Of a DNA stretch of 64,000 nt, positions 9,673-18,756 are shown piece by piece. The notes beneath the pieces are model-generated. The model worked only from the letters and a program-made list of their open reading frames with translations, did not search any database and was not told the DNA's origin. Within the stretch, counting starts at the first letter, position 1. Each line of letters begins with the position of its first letter. The position numbers were made by a program, and so were the translations under genes. This DNA is from Dehalococcoidia bacterium. GTDB taxonomy: Bacteria; Chloroflexota; Dehalococcoidia; UBA2979. The stretch spans positions 238,097-302,096 of the forward strand of contig JAWLHV010000004.1 in the NCBI GenBank assembly GCA_041690175.1, written 5' to 3'.

Positions 9673-10608
9673 TTACCTCGTCCGTGGCTCCGTGCCCGCC
9701 TCCGACCACCCGAGGACGCGCAGGGCGCGCAGGGTGGTCCAGCGGCTGGGCTGGCGCGCGGGCTCCATGCGGAAGTATGTCTCGCCGGGGTAGGACGGTG
9801 CGGGCCCCCAGCGGCCGTCGCGGCGCTGCTGGGAGCGCAGGAGGTCGATGGCGTCCTGCAGGCGTCGGTCGCGCTCGGCGCCGGCGTCGCGGAAGTACTC
9901 CAGGCCGCGCAGGAAGTCGTGGTGCCAGTGCGGGGGGAAGTGCGGGCGCGTCATGCGCTCGTCCACGACCTTGCCGGTGCGGTGCGCGCGGTAGAGGTGG
10001 TGCTGGAGGAAGAACTCCCGCCCGTCGGCCTGCATCCGGCGCGCCTCCGAGGCGCGGTCGGGGAAGAGCCGCTCGTACTCCAGGAGGCCCTCCAGCACCG
10101 AGATCGTCGTGTGGAACGAGGAGTGCTCGCGCGCGCCTCGGATCCAGCGGCAGTTCCAGCCGCCGTCCGGCAACTGTGCCGCCGCCAGGTGCTCCACCAT
10201 CCCGTGCAGCCGCTCGTCCTGCAGCCCGAAGTACGCGCAGATCGCCAGCGCCATCCCGGTCTCGCAGAGTTCGCTCGGGCGCCTCGTGCTGTTCGTGTAG
10301 TAGATGCCGCCGTCCGGCTGGACGCCGTGGTCCATTAGCAGGGTGGCGCCCCGGCGCGCCTGCTCGTCGGATGGGGCTAGACCCGTCAGGCGGAGCAGCA
10401 GCAGCGTGTAGTGTGTCGAGACCCACTTGGGTGAGTAGATGCCGCGCCAGCGACCGTCCGGGCGCTGCTCCGCGAGGAGACGTGCACCCCATCCTTCGGT
10501 CGCGACCTTCGCCCGCTCGCGCCGGATGCTCGCCGCGCCCACCTGCGTGAGGTCGCGGAGCGCCTGCCAGCGGATAGCCGAGTCGCCCTCCAGCAGCCAG
10601 TCGAGCAC
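9673..10608 (-). CDS. Prenyltransferase/squalene-cyclase-like repeat protein (function unknown)
   Basis: QW-like repeats QRPDGRW, QPDGG, QLPDGGWNC, QRRDGRW; start codon uncertain (GTG at 10608 chosen). Confidence 0.7.
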   Translation of the reverse strand: MLDWLLEGDSAIRWQALRDLTQVGAASIRRERAKVATEGWGARLLAEQRPDGRWRGIYSPKWVSTHYTLLLLRLTGLAPSDEQARRGATLLMDHGVQPDGGIYYTNSTRRPSELCETGMALAICAYFGLQDERLHGMVEHLAAAQLPDGGWNCRWIRGAREHSSFHTTISVLEGLLEYERLFPDRASEARRMQADGREFFLQHHLYRAHRTGKVVDERMTRPHFPPHWHHDFLRGLEYFRDAGAERDRRLQDAIDLLRSQQRRDGRWGPAPSYPGETYFRMEPARQPSRWTTLRALRVLGWSEAGTEPRTR

Positions 10609-10640
10609 GTCCGGCTCGACGAGGCCCTCCAGGGCGGGGG

Positions 10641-11315
10641 CTACTCGCGGACCCACCGGTCGCGCCAGCCCTCGTCGGGCTGCTCCATCGCGAACGGCCA
10701 TGGCTCGCCGTAGGTATCGAGGCTGGCGTGCTTCTTCACGGGCCGTCGCCCCACGGGCCCGATCTTGTCCTCCGGCCAGCCGATGGGCAGGAGCGCGTGC
10801 AGCGTGACGTCGTCCGGCACGCCCAGGAGGGGCTTCAGCGTGGCGTCATGCCCTCGATGGAACGCCGTCACCACGGAGCCGAGGCCCAGGCCGCGGCAGG
10901 CGAGCAGCGCGTTCTGCACGGCGGGGTAGATCGTGCCCGCGGCCTGCGCCGGCCCGCAGACGAAGAGGTGTACCGGCACCTCCGCGATGTGCCGCGCCAG
11001 GTGGTCCGTGGAGCGCACCACCAGCCGCATCTGCCGCGGCAGCCGGTCGATGGCGCTCGGGTCGTCCACGTACTGCTTGCCGTAGGAGGTCCACGTCTGC
11101 CAGTAGGCCTCGGCAATTGCCCTGCGCTTCGCCTCGTCACGCACGACCAGGAAGTGCCACACCTGCTGGTTGCTCCCCGCGGGCGCGCGGATGGCGGCGT
11201 CGATGACCTGGAACAAGACGTCGTCCGGCACGTCGTCCGGCTTGAAGCGGCGGAGGGCGCGTGTGGAGTACAGGGCCTCGAACAGGCCGGTCTCGGCAGG
11301 GGACTTCAGTTCCAT
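10641..11315 (-). CDS. Nitroreductase-family protein
   Basis: RALRRFKPDDVP, AIRAPAGSNQQVWHF, QNALLACRGLGLGS. Confidence 0.9.
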   Translation of the reverse strand: MELKSPAETGLFEALYSTRALRRFKPDDVPDDVLFQVIDAAIRAPAGSNQQVWHFLVVRDEAKRRAIAEAYWQTWTSYGKQYVDDPSAIDRLPRQMRLVVRSTDHLARHIAEVPVHLFVCGPAQAAGTIYPAVQNALLACRGLGLGSVVTAFHRGHDATLKPLLGVPDDVTLHALLPIGWPEDKIGPVGRRPVKKHASLDTYGEPWPFAMEQPDEGWRDRWVRE

Positions 11316-11423
11316 GGGCCGCTCCTCCTGGTGCGGGACGCCGTCCGCACGACCGTGCGCGGAGGCTGCGAGCCGGTATCCTACCAGTCTTCGTGGAGGG
11401 GCCCGCTCAGGACCGACGGTTGG

Positions 11424-13205
11424 CTAGGACGCGGCCTGCACCTGGTACTGGAGTTCGTACAGCCGCGCGTAGATGCCGCCCAGTGCGATCAGTTCCTCGT
11501 GGGAGCCGTCCTCCACCAGTTCGCCCAGGTGGAGCACCAGGATGCGGTCCACGGCGCGGATGGTGTTCAGGCGGTGGGCGATGATGATTGCCGTGCGCCC
11601 CGCCATCACGCGGTCCAGGCCGCGCTGGATGATCTCCTCCGTCTCCGGGTCGATGCTGGCGGTCGCCTCGTCCATCACGAGCACGATCGAGGGGTTGAAC
11701 GCGGCCACGCGGGCCAGGGCGATCAACTGCTTCTGGCCGGTGGACAGGTTGGCCCCGCGCTCCGCCAGCACGGTCTGGTAGCCGTCCGGCAGCCGCTCGA
11801 TGAACGAGTGTGCGCCCACCGCCTCCGCCGCCAGCCGGATCTGCTCCGTGCTGATGGAGGGGTCACGCAGGCGGATGTTCTCCTCCACGGTGTCGGAGAC
11901 CACCCAGGGGTCCTGCAGCATGACGCCCACATGCCGGCGCAACCAGCGCTGGCGCAGTTCCCGGATGGGGACGCCGTCCACGCGGATCTCGCCCTGCTGC
12001 AGGTCGTAGAAGCGCGAGAGCAGCGCCATCATGGTGGACTTGCCGGCGCCCGTGGCGCCCACGATGGCCACCTTCTGGCCGGCGGGAATGGTGAAGTCCA
12101 GGTCCTTCAGTACCCAGTTGCCGGGGTTGTAGGCGAAGTGGACGTGGTCAAAGCGGATGTCGCCCTTCACGTCCTCCAGTTCGCGGGCGTCCTCCGCATC
12201 CAGTACCTCCTCCGGCTCGTCCAGCACGCCGAAGATGCGCTCCGCGGAGGCCATGGCGCCCTGGAGCATGGTGTAGCGCTCGGAGAGTTCGCGGATGGGC
12301 CAGAAGAAGCGCTGCATGAACTGGATGAACGCGAAGAGCGTCCCCACCGTGAGCGACTCGTCCAGCGAGCGGGCGCCGCCCACCCAGAGGATCGCCGTGA
12401 GGCTCACGGAGTTGAAGATGACCACCGTGGGCTCGAACACCGCGTACCAGAACAGCACCCGCATGTTCGCCTCGAAGGCGCCGCGGTTGCGCAGGTCGAA
12501 GTACTCCATGTTCCGCCGCTGGCGGTTGAACAACTGGATGATGGAGACGCCCGTGATCAGTTCGTTCAGGTAGGCGTTGATCCGGGCCATCCACATGCGC
12601 TGGTCACGGAAGGCCTGCCGCTGCGCCGCCGCGAAGATTCGGACCAGGTAGACCAGCGGCACCAGGAACGCCGTCATGATCAGCGCGAGGCGCCAGTCCA
12701 GGTAGTAGAGCGCCACGATGATGGCGCCCACCATCAGGACGTTGGTGAGGATCTGCACCACGCCCTGCGAGATCACCATCTCGATCTGCTGGACGTCGCC
12801 GGTGAGCCGCGTGACCAGCCGGCCCACGGGGTTGCGGTCGAAGAAGGCAACGGACATGCGCTGGATGTGGGTGAACAACTGCATCCGCAGGTCCACCATG
12901 AACCGCTGCCCCACCCACCACATCAGGTACATCTGCGCGAACCGCAGCACGAAGATGCCGATCAGCGCCCCGAGGAACACCAGCGAAAGCGTGCCGAGTT
13001 GGTCCGTGCGGCCCTGGAGGATCTGCTCGTCAATGGCGTAGCGGACCAGCAGGGTGGGGACGAGTTCCAGCCCCGCCACGGCGAACATCATCAGCAGCGA
13101 CAGCGCCACCTGGAGCCGGTACGGCTTCAGGTAGGAGAGCAGGCGGCTCGCGATACGGGTGTCGTAGACCTTCCCGATCGCGTCTTCTTCCTCGTAGAAA
13201 CTCAC
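11424..13205 (-). CDS. ABC exporter, fused permease/ATPase (MdlB-like half)
   Basis: Multi-TM N-terminus, Walker A GATGAGKS, signature LSTGQKQ, Walker B LVMDEAT. Confidence 0.92.
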   Translation of the reverse strand: MSFYEEEDAIGKVYDTRIASRLLSYLKPYRLQVALSLLMMFAVAGLELVPTLLVRYAIDEQILQGRTDQLGTLSLVFLGALIGIFVLRFAQMYLMWWVGQRFMVDLRMQLFTHIQRMSVAFFDRNPVGRLVTRLTGDVQQIEMVISQGVVQILTNVLMVGAIIVALYYLDWRLALIMTAFLVPLVYLVRIFAAAQRQAFRDQRMWMARINAYLNELITGVSIIQLFNRQRRNMEYFDLRNRGAFEANMRVLFWYAVFEPTVVIFNSVSLTAILWVGGARSLDESLTVGTLFAFIQFMQRFFWPIRELSERYTMLQGAMASAERIFGVLDEPEEVLDAEDARELEDVKGDIRFDHVHFAYNPGNWVLKDLDFTIPAGQKVAIVGATGAGKSTMMALLSRFYDLQQGEIRVDGVPIRELRQRWLRRHVGVMLQDPWVVSDTVEENIRLRDPSISTEQIRLAAEAVGAHSFIERLPDGYQTVLAERGANLSTGQKQLIALARVAAFNPSIVLVMDEATASIDPETEEIIQRGLDRVMAGRTAIIIAHRLNTIRAVDRILVLHLGELVEDGSHEELIALGGIYARLYELQYQVQAAS

Positions 13206-15061
13206 GCGCTGCTCCCGTTCGTCGGCTCGCGCCCGTCCGCGTCCTGCACGAGGCGGGCGTCCACGTCCTCCGAGCGCTTCTCCAGCGCGAGTTGCTCCCG
13301 GTAGATGCGCGCGTACACACGGTCCAGGGCGATCAGTTCGGCGTGCGTGCCCTGCTCCACGATCGCGCCGCCCTCCAGCACCACGATGCGGTCGGCGGAG
13401 CGCAGCGTGCTGGTGCGGTGGGCGATCAGGATGGTGGTGCGCCCGCGCATGTACTCCCGCAGGCGGCGGAGGATCTCCTCCTCCGTGTGCGTGTCCACGT
13501 GCGACAGCGCGTCGTCAAGGATGAGGATCGGCGGGTCCTTCAGCAGCGCCCGGGCGATGGCCGCGCGCTGCTTCTGCCCGCCGGAGAGCGTGATGCCGCG
13601 CTCGCCGATCACCGTGTCCAGGCCCTGCGTCAGTTGGACCAGGTCGTTCGACAACTGGGAGATGACCAGCGCGCCCTGGTAGTCCTCGTCGCTGGCGTCC
13701 TGCCGGCCGTAGGAGACGTTTTCGCGCAGCGACTCGGAGAACAGGAAGGACTCCTGGGGCACGAAGCCGATCTGCTGGCGCAGGTCGTCCAGGCGGAACT
13801 GGCGCACGTCCACGCCGTCCACGGTCACGGTGCCCTCCTGCGGGTCCATGAGGCGCGGCACGAGGTTGGCGAGCGTGGTCTTCCCCTGCCCCGTCGCCCC
13901 CACGATCGCCACGGTGCTGCCCGCCTGGATGCGCAGGTTGATGTGTCGCAGGACCGGCTCCGCCTCCCCGAAGCGGACCGTGACGCCCTGGAACTCCACG
14001 TCCCCCCGGGCGCGCTCCAGTGCCAGCGGCCCGTTGTCGATGGCCGGGACCGTCCGGAAGACCTCGTTGATGCGGCGGATGGCGACCACGCCCAGCTGCG
14101 CGGACGCCACGATCCACCCGACCGCCATCAGTTGCGAGGAGAGGATGGAGAGCACGAACACGAACATGGCGAAGTCGCCGGTGGAGATGTTGCCGTTCAC
14201 CACGTCATGGCCGCCGAACCACAGCACCAGCAGCGTGCCGCCCTGCGTGAGCACGATCATGGACGGCAGCAGGCCGGCCTCGTACTTGCCCAGGCGCATG
14301 GAGCGCCGGCGCATCTCCTCGTTCTCCCGGGAGAACGTGCGCATCTCCGCTTCTTCCTGGGCGTAGGCCTTGATGGCGCGGATGCCGGAGATGTTCTCCT
14401 GCGAACGTTCGGTCAGCTCCGCGATCTGATCCTGCACCTCGAAGAAGCGCTTCTCGATGTTGGTCTCGAAATACGCCATCAGCACGATCACGACGGGCAG
14501 ATAGGCGAAGGCGATCAGCGTGAGGCGGATGTCGATCAGGAACATGACCACGAAGCCCGCGATGAGCACCACGGCGGAGCGGCTGATGTCCACAACGGTG
14601 GGGCCCAGGAAGTCGCGGACGGCCTGCAGGTCGTTGGTGAGGCGGGACATCAGGTCCCCCGTGCGCGCCTGCACGTAGAAGCCCTGGTCCAGCCGGAGCA
14701 GGTGGTTCGTGAGGTCCTCGCGCAGCGCGTACTCGATGCGGCGGGCGCTGCCGGACACCACGCGGCGCGAGAAGTAGCGCATGCCGCTCTCCGCCAGTGC
14801 CACGCCCATGATGATCGCGCCGTAGCGGAGGAGGTCCGCCGCGTCCACGTCCAGCGTCCCCGCGACGCCGGCCTCGATGTCGTCGATGGCGAGTTTGACG
14901 ATGTAGGGGGGCAGCAGCGCGAGCACGGTGGCGCCGAGCAGCGCGAGGAACCCGGCGATGTAGGGCACCCGGTGCTTCTTCAGGTAGTACAGGATGCGGT
15001 CGCCGCCGGACCCGACGACTCGCGCGAACGAGCCGTCAGCCGACAGTTCTGCCGTGGTCAC
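13202..15061 (-). CDS. ABC exporter, fused permease/ATPase (MdlA-like half)
   Basis: GATGQGKT, LSGGQKQR, ILDDALS; stop overlaps next start (GTGA), giving a heterodimeric pair; start approximate. Confidence 0.92.
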   Translation of the reverse strand: MTTAELSADGSFARVVGSGGDRILYYLKKHRVPYIAGFLALLGATVLALLPPYIVKLAIDDIEAGVAGTLDVDAADLLRYGAIIMGVALAESGMRYFSRRVVSGSARRIEYALREDLTNHLLRLDQGFYVQARTGDLMSRLTNDLQAVRDFLGPTVVDISRSAVVLIAGFVVMFLIDIRLTLIAFAYLPVVIVLMAYFETNIEKRFFEVQDQIAELTERSQENISGIRAIKAYAQEEAEMRTFSRENEEMRRRSMRLGKYEAGLLPSMIVLTQGGTLLVLWFGGHDVVNGNISTGDFAMFVFVLSILSSQLMAVGWIVASAQLGVVAIRRINEVFRTVPAIDNGPLALERARGDVEFQGVTVRFGEAEPVLRHINLRIQAGSTVAIVGATGQGKTTLANLVPRLMDPQEGTVTVDGVDVRQFRLDDLRQQIGFVPQESFLFSESLRENVSYGRQDASDEDYQGALVISQLSNDLVQLTQGLDTVIGERGITLSGGQKQRAAIARALLKDPPILILDDALSHVDTHTEEEILRRLREYMRGRTTILIAHRTSTLRSADRIVVLEGGAIVEQGTHAELIALDRVYARIYREQLALEKRSEDVDARLVQDADGREPTNGSSA

Positions 15062-15256
15062 AGGGCCCCCCCGCCCACGCACCCCGGGCACGCCGCGACC
15101 CGAAGGGTCCCCCGGCGGCGTGGAGGGCACGGTTACGACGTGCGTTCTATCGTCGGGGCCATGTGGCGTCTGGGCAATCAGGTTCCGGCGCTCCGGCCCG
15201 GAAACGGGCGGTTCGCAGCCTTTACCCTCCCGCCTGGGCCGGGAGAAGATGCCGAC

Positions 15257-15814
15257 ATGGCCGAAACGGACGCAGCGTCCCAGCAGACAATGCCGCACCC
15301 CCCCGGAGAGGTTGCCAGCGTGCGCGCGGCGGACGCGCGCTTCGTGGAGGGTGCTGCGGACGTGCTGGGCGTGTACGCCAACCCTTCGCACTGGTGGCAG
15401 AACGCCTCCTTTGCCCTGCCACTGCTGATCGCGGTGGTGTCGCTGGGCGTGGGGCTGCTCTTCGGCGTCACGGAGGCGCTGGGGTTCGGCCTCTTCTGCG
15501 CCGTGGTCACGCTGATCATGGTGCCGGTGGTGCTCCTCACCTGGCGCGGGACGGCCACGGCCATCGTCCTGACGCGGGAGGGCGCCACCGCGCTGCACGA
15601 GGGCAAGCCGATCCACGAGTTGCGCTGGGCGGACCTGCGCCGCATCGAGCGGGTGGAGTACCTGGGCAACAGCCGCTTCAAACTGGTCCACGGCGAGGAC
15701 GAGCGGTTCATGGTGGTGGAGAGTGAGATCCAGGGCGGCGAGGCGCTGGTGGACCAGGCGTTCGCCATCTCCGGCGTGCCGCGTCAGTCGCCGCAGCCGG
15801 GGGCGCAGGGATGA
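15257..15814 (+). CDS. Hypothetical 2-TM membrane protein with PH-like C-terminal domain
   Basis: Two hydrophobic helices then a beta-rich domain (IVLTREG...LRWADLRRIE); stop overlaps next ATG. Confidence 0.65.
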   Translation: MAETDAASQQTMPHPPGEVASVRAADARFVEGAADVLGVYANPSHWWQNASFALPLLIAVVSLGVGLLFGVTEALGFGLFCAVVTLIMVPVVLLTWRGTATAIVLTREGATALHEGKPIHELRWADLRRIERVEYLGNSRFKLVHGEDERFMVVESEIQGGEALVDQAFAISGVPRQSPQPGAQG

Positions 15815-16299
15815 CCGCCGTCGACCCCGGCACGCTGGCCCTCGAAGCGCTGGAGGCGACCGGCGAACCATTCGAGGTCATCGAGTGCGATCCGGACCTG
15901 GCGGACACCGCCGTCTTCTGCGAGCGCTACGGCATCCCGCTGGACCGCTCCGCCAACTGCATCGTCATTGGCTCTCGCACGGAGCCGCGCCAGTTCTGCG
16001 CCTGCCTGGTGCTGTCGTCCAACCGCCTGGACGTGAACGGGACGGTGCGTCGGCTGATGGGCGTCCGCAAGGTCTCCTTTGCCACGGCGGAGGACACCGC
16101 GGCGCTGACCGGCATGATCATCGGGGGCGTGACGCCCTTCGGGTTGCCCGCGGACCTGCCGTCCTACATAGACCAGCGGGTCATGGACCTGGAATGGGTG
16201 GTGGTGGGCGGCGGTTCGCGCTCGCAGAAGTTCAAGGTGCCACCGGCCGCGCTGGCGGCGCTCCCCAACGCACAGCTGGTAGACGGCCTCTCGCTCTAG
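15811..16299 (+). CDS. YbaK/EbsC-family aminoacyl-tRNA editing domain protein
   Basis: ADTAVFCERYG, LTGMIIGGVTPFGL, VVVGGGSRSQK. Confidence 0.85.
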   Translation: MTAVDPGTLALEALEATGEPFEVIECDPDLADTAVFCERYGIPLDRSANCIVIGSRTEPRQFCACLVLSSNRLDVNGTVRRLMGVRKVSFATAEDTAALTGMIIGGVTPFGLPADLPSYIDQRVMDLEWVVVGGGSRSQKFKVPPAALAALPNAQLVDGLSL

Positions 16300-16306
16300 C
16301 GGACCG

Positions 16307-16684
16307 TCACCCCCGAGGGGCACGGCGTTCGCCGCGTGCGTCCTCCAGCAGCGCGTTGGCCGCTTGCACCGCCACCCGCCGCTCGCGGGCAGCCTCCAGG
16401 CGGTGCGCCGCCGGGTAGGCGGCTGCCCACACGCGCAGGCCGAGCCAGAGCGCGGCGACCAGCCCCGCGGAGAGCCCCAGCCACAACACTCCCCACCAGC
16501 CGACCATGGCCAGCAGCGCATCCCCCTCGGCTGCCAGGGAGACGCCCCCGGAGCGGCTCACCGCGACCCAGCCGAGGAGGACCGTGGCCGTGACGGTGCC
16601 TGTCACCGCGCCCAGCCCCACCGCGAGTTGGACGCCCGGCCAGAAGCCGAGCAACTCGTCCCGCCGTCGGGAGGGCCCGCTCAT
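16307..16684 (-). CDS. Hypothetical 2-TM membrane protein
   Basis: TGATG coupling to the upstream LLM gene; two hydrophobic segments. Confidence 0.55.
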   Translation of the reverse strand: MSGPSRRRDELLGFWPGVQLAVGLGAVTGTVTATVLLGWVAVSRSGGVSLAAEGDALLAMVGWWGVLWLGLSAGLVAALWLGLRVWAAAYPAAHRLEAARERRVAVQAANALLEDARGERRAPRG

Positions 16685-17712
16685 CAGGGTGAAGCCGAGG
16701 CGGACGCCGCCGCCGGTGCCAGAGGCTCGAGGCCGAACGCCTCCGCGATGAGGTCGTAGGAGCGCAGGCGGTCCGCGAAGTCGTGCGTGATCGTGACGAG
16801 CACGAGGTCGTCCACCTCGAACTGCGAGGCCACCTGCTCCAGCCGCGCCTTCACCTGCGCCGGGTCGCCGATGGCGGAGCGCGGGCGGCTGTACTCGACG
16901 TAGGCGAGCTCCGGCTCGGAGTAGTCGAATGCGAGCGCCGTCTCCGGGGAGGGCACGCCCGAGCCGCGACGGAAGCGCCAGCAGTAGCGGCTCCAGGAGA
17001 GGCGCACCGCCTCCTCCTCCGTGGCGGCGCAGAGCGCGGACACGGCCACCGAGCCTCGAGGCGTCTCGCACCACTGCGAGGGCCGGAACCGGTGGCGGTA
17101 GAGCGCCATCGCCCGCTCGCCGGCCTCCTGGTTGATGAACTGGGCGAAGCAGAATGGCAGGCCCAGTTCCGCGGCCAGCACGGCGCTCTCCAGAGACGAG
17201 CCCAGGCACCAGACCTGCGGGACGCCCTCGATGGTGGGGGTGGCGCGGACGTCCGAGAACGGGTGGTCGTTCGGCATCGCGTCGGCCAGGTACAAGACCA
17301 GGTCCTCCACCTGCTGGGGGTAGTACTCCAGCCCCAACGCGCCCGGCCCATGCTCCAGCGCCTGCGCGTGCCGCTGGCTGGATCCGGGTGCGCGGCCGAT
17401 GCCCAGGTCGATGCGGCCGGGGTAGAGGGCCTCCAGCGTCTTGAACTGCTCGGCGACCTTCAGCGGGCTGTAGTGGCTCAGCATCACGCCGCCGGAGCCC
17501 ACGCGGATGCGCTGGGTCTGCGCGGCGACCTGCCCAATGAGGATCTCCGGGGCGGAGGAGGCCAACCCGGGCGTGCCGTGGTGCTCCGCGATCCAGAAGC
17601 GCTCGTAGCCCAGGCATTCCACGTGCTGCGCCAGCGCGACGGTCTCCCGCAGCGCCTGCGCGGCGGTGCCGCCTTCGCGGATAGGGGATTGGTCCAGGAC
17701 GCTCAGTCTCAC
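16684..17712 (-). CDS. LLM-class (luciferase-family group 1) oxidoreductase
   Basis: LSVLDQSP, RFWIAEHH, RIRVGSGGVMLSHYSPLKVAEQF, GRIDLGIGRAPG; GGAGG RBS before GTG. Confidence 0.93.
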   Translation of the reverse strand: MRLSVLDQSPIREGGTAAQALRETVALAQHVECLGYERFWIAEHHGTPGLASSAPEILIGQVAAQTQRIRVGSGGVMLSHYSPLKVAEQFKTLEALYPGRIDLGIGRAPGSSQRHAQALEHGPGALGLEYYPQQVEDLVLYLADAMPNDHPFSDVRATPTIEGVPQVWCLGSSLESAVLAAELGLPFCFAQFINQEAGERAMALYRHRFRPSQWCETPRGSVAVSALCAATEEEAVRLSWSRYCWRFRRGSGVPSPETALAFDYSEPELAYVEYSRPRSAIGDPAQVKARLEQVASQFEVDDLVLVTITHDFADRLRSYDLIAEAFGLEPLAPAAASASASP

Positions 17713-17804
17713 GCAGACCTCCAGGGGCGCCGCGCACGCGCCGCCCTCGATGGTACCCGCCCGCACCGCGCTATCGTGGGAGGTGAAGGGGGCAGAGCAA
17801 GGAG

Positions 17805-18371
17805 ATGGCCGTGGACCCGCGAGAAGCCCGCAAGATCCAGCGCACCGACGAGGACATCACGAAGGACGCCATGCACGAGATGCCGTACGGCATCTACGTC
17901 ATCGGCACCACGGCCCAGGACCGCCCCAACGCGATGATCGCGGACTGGGTGATGCAGGTCTCGTTCTCGCCCCGGCTCGTGGCCGTGGCCTTCGAGCGCG
18001 ACTCGTCCTCACTGGCGCGCATCCATCAGCACGGCTGGTTCACGGTGAACCTGCTGGCCCAGGAGGGGAACGGCATGGCGCTCGCGCGCTCGTTCGTGCA
18101 GCCCTCGAACGCCGCGAAGGTGAAGGGCCGTAGCGAGGCGGCGGCGGCGCAGTACCACGACAAGTTGCAGGGCGTGGACTATCGCCTCTCGGAGCGGGCC
18201 GCCGGCTGTCCGATCCTGGAGGACGCGCTGCTGTACCTGGAATGCCAGGCGGACCAGTTCGTGGAGGTCGGGGACCACGTGCTGGTCACCGGGCGCGTCT
18301 TGTTTGGCGATGTCCAGCAGTCCGGGGAGCCCCTGACCTCCACGTTCACTGGCTGGACGTACAGCGGGTAG
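17805..18371 (+). CDS. Flavin reductase-like (DIM6/NTAB family) protein
   Basis: PYGIYVI, WVMQVSFSP, GCPILEDAL...EC, GDH; divergent from the LLM monooxygenase. Confidence 0.88.
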   Translation: MAVDPREARKIQRTDEDITKDAMHEMPYGIYVIGTTAQDRPNAMIADWVMQVSFSPRLVAVAFERDSSSLARIHQHGWFTVNLLAQEGNGMALARSFVQPSNAAKVKGRSEAAAAQYHDKLQGVDYRLSERAAGCPILEDALLYLECQADQFVEVGDHVLVTGRVLFGDVQQSGEPLTSTFTGWTYSG

Positions 18372-18756
18372 CGGTGCGAAACATCCACAATCTATGCACC
18401 TTGTAATCTGACAGCGTTCCTGTAATCGATTTCAGAGCCACTGCCTCCCAAATCGTCAGGGAAAGTGGGCGAATAATCGAATATCATCGCGTCCGCTGGG
18501 ATCTTGCTGACCTGCTCTAGTCCGGCTTGCTAGGCGGCCCCGCGGGCGTGCATTCCGCGCTCCGGGTGCTGGACGTCACCCAGCAGTGTCAGTACCAGCG
18601 CTCGTCGGCGAGGAGCGCCGCGCTTAGCACGCTGGGGTGCGGCGCCGGCGCTCCTCGTTGCGGGTCTGCCCGCGGACCATCCCGCCGACCTCTCGTCCCC
18701 ACAGCCTGTATCCTTCCGCCGCGCTGCGGACGGGCAGCGCGCGCGAGGGGGGCAGC

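Noticed and set aside
10728-15256. Very long plus-strand ORFs (858 aa; first ~650 aa of the 840-aa ORF)
   Set aside because: Antisense shadows of the two ABC exporter genes, common in high-GC DNA; no motifs. Only 15257-15814 is accepted as a gene
15062-15871. Long N-terminal extension of the 889-aa ABC ORF
   Set aside because: Overlaps a real plus-strand gene; ABC homology starts near 15061
16307-17737. 476-aa ORF suggesting a frameshift fusion with the LLM gene
   Set aside because: LLM gene is complete in its own frame; only the last 125 aa form a separate TGATG-coupled gene
18381-18400. DnaA-box-like 9-mers (ACATCCACA, CTATGCACC) suggesting oriC
   Set aside because: Two or more mismatches each, no box cluster and no replication genes nearby
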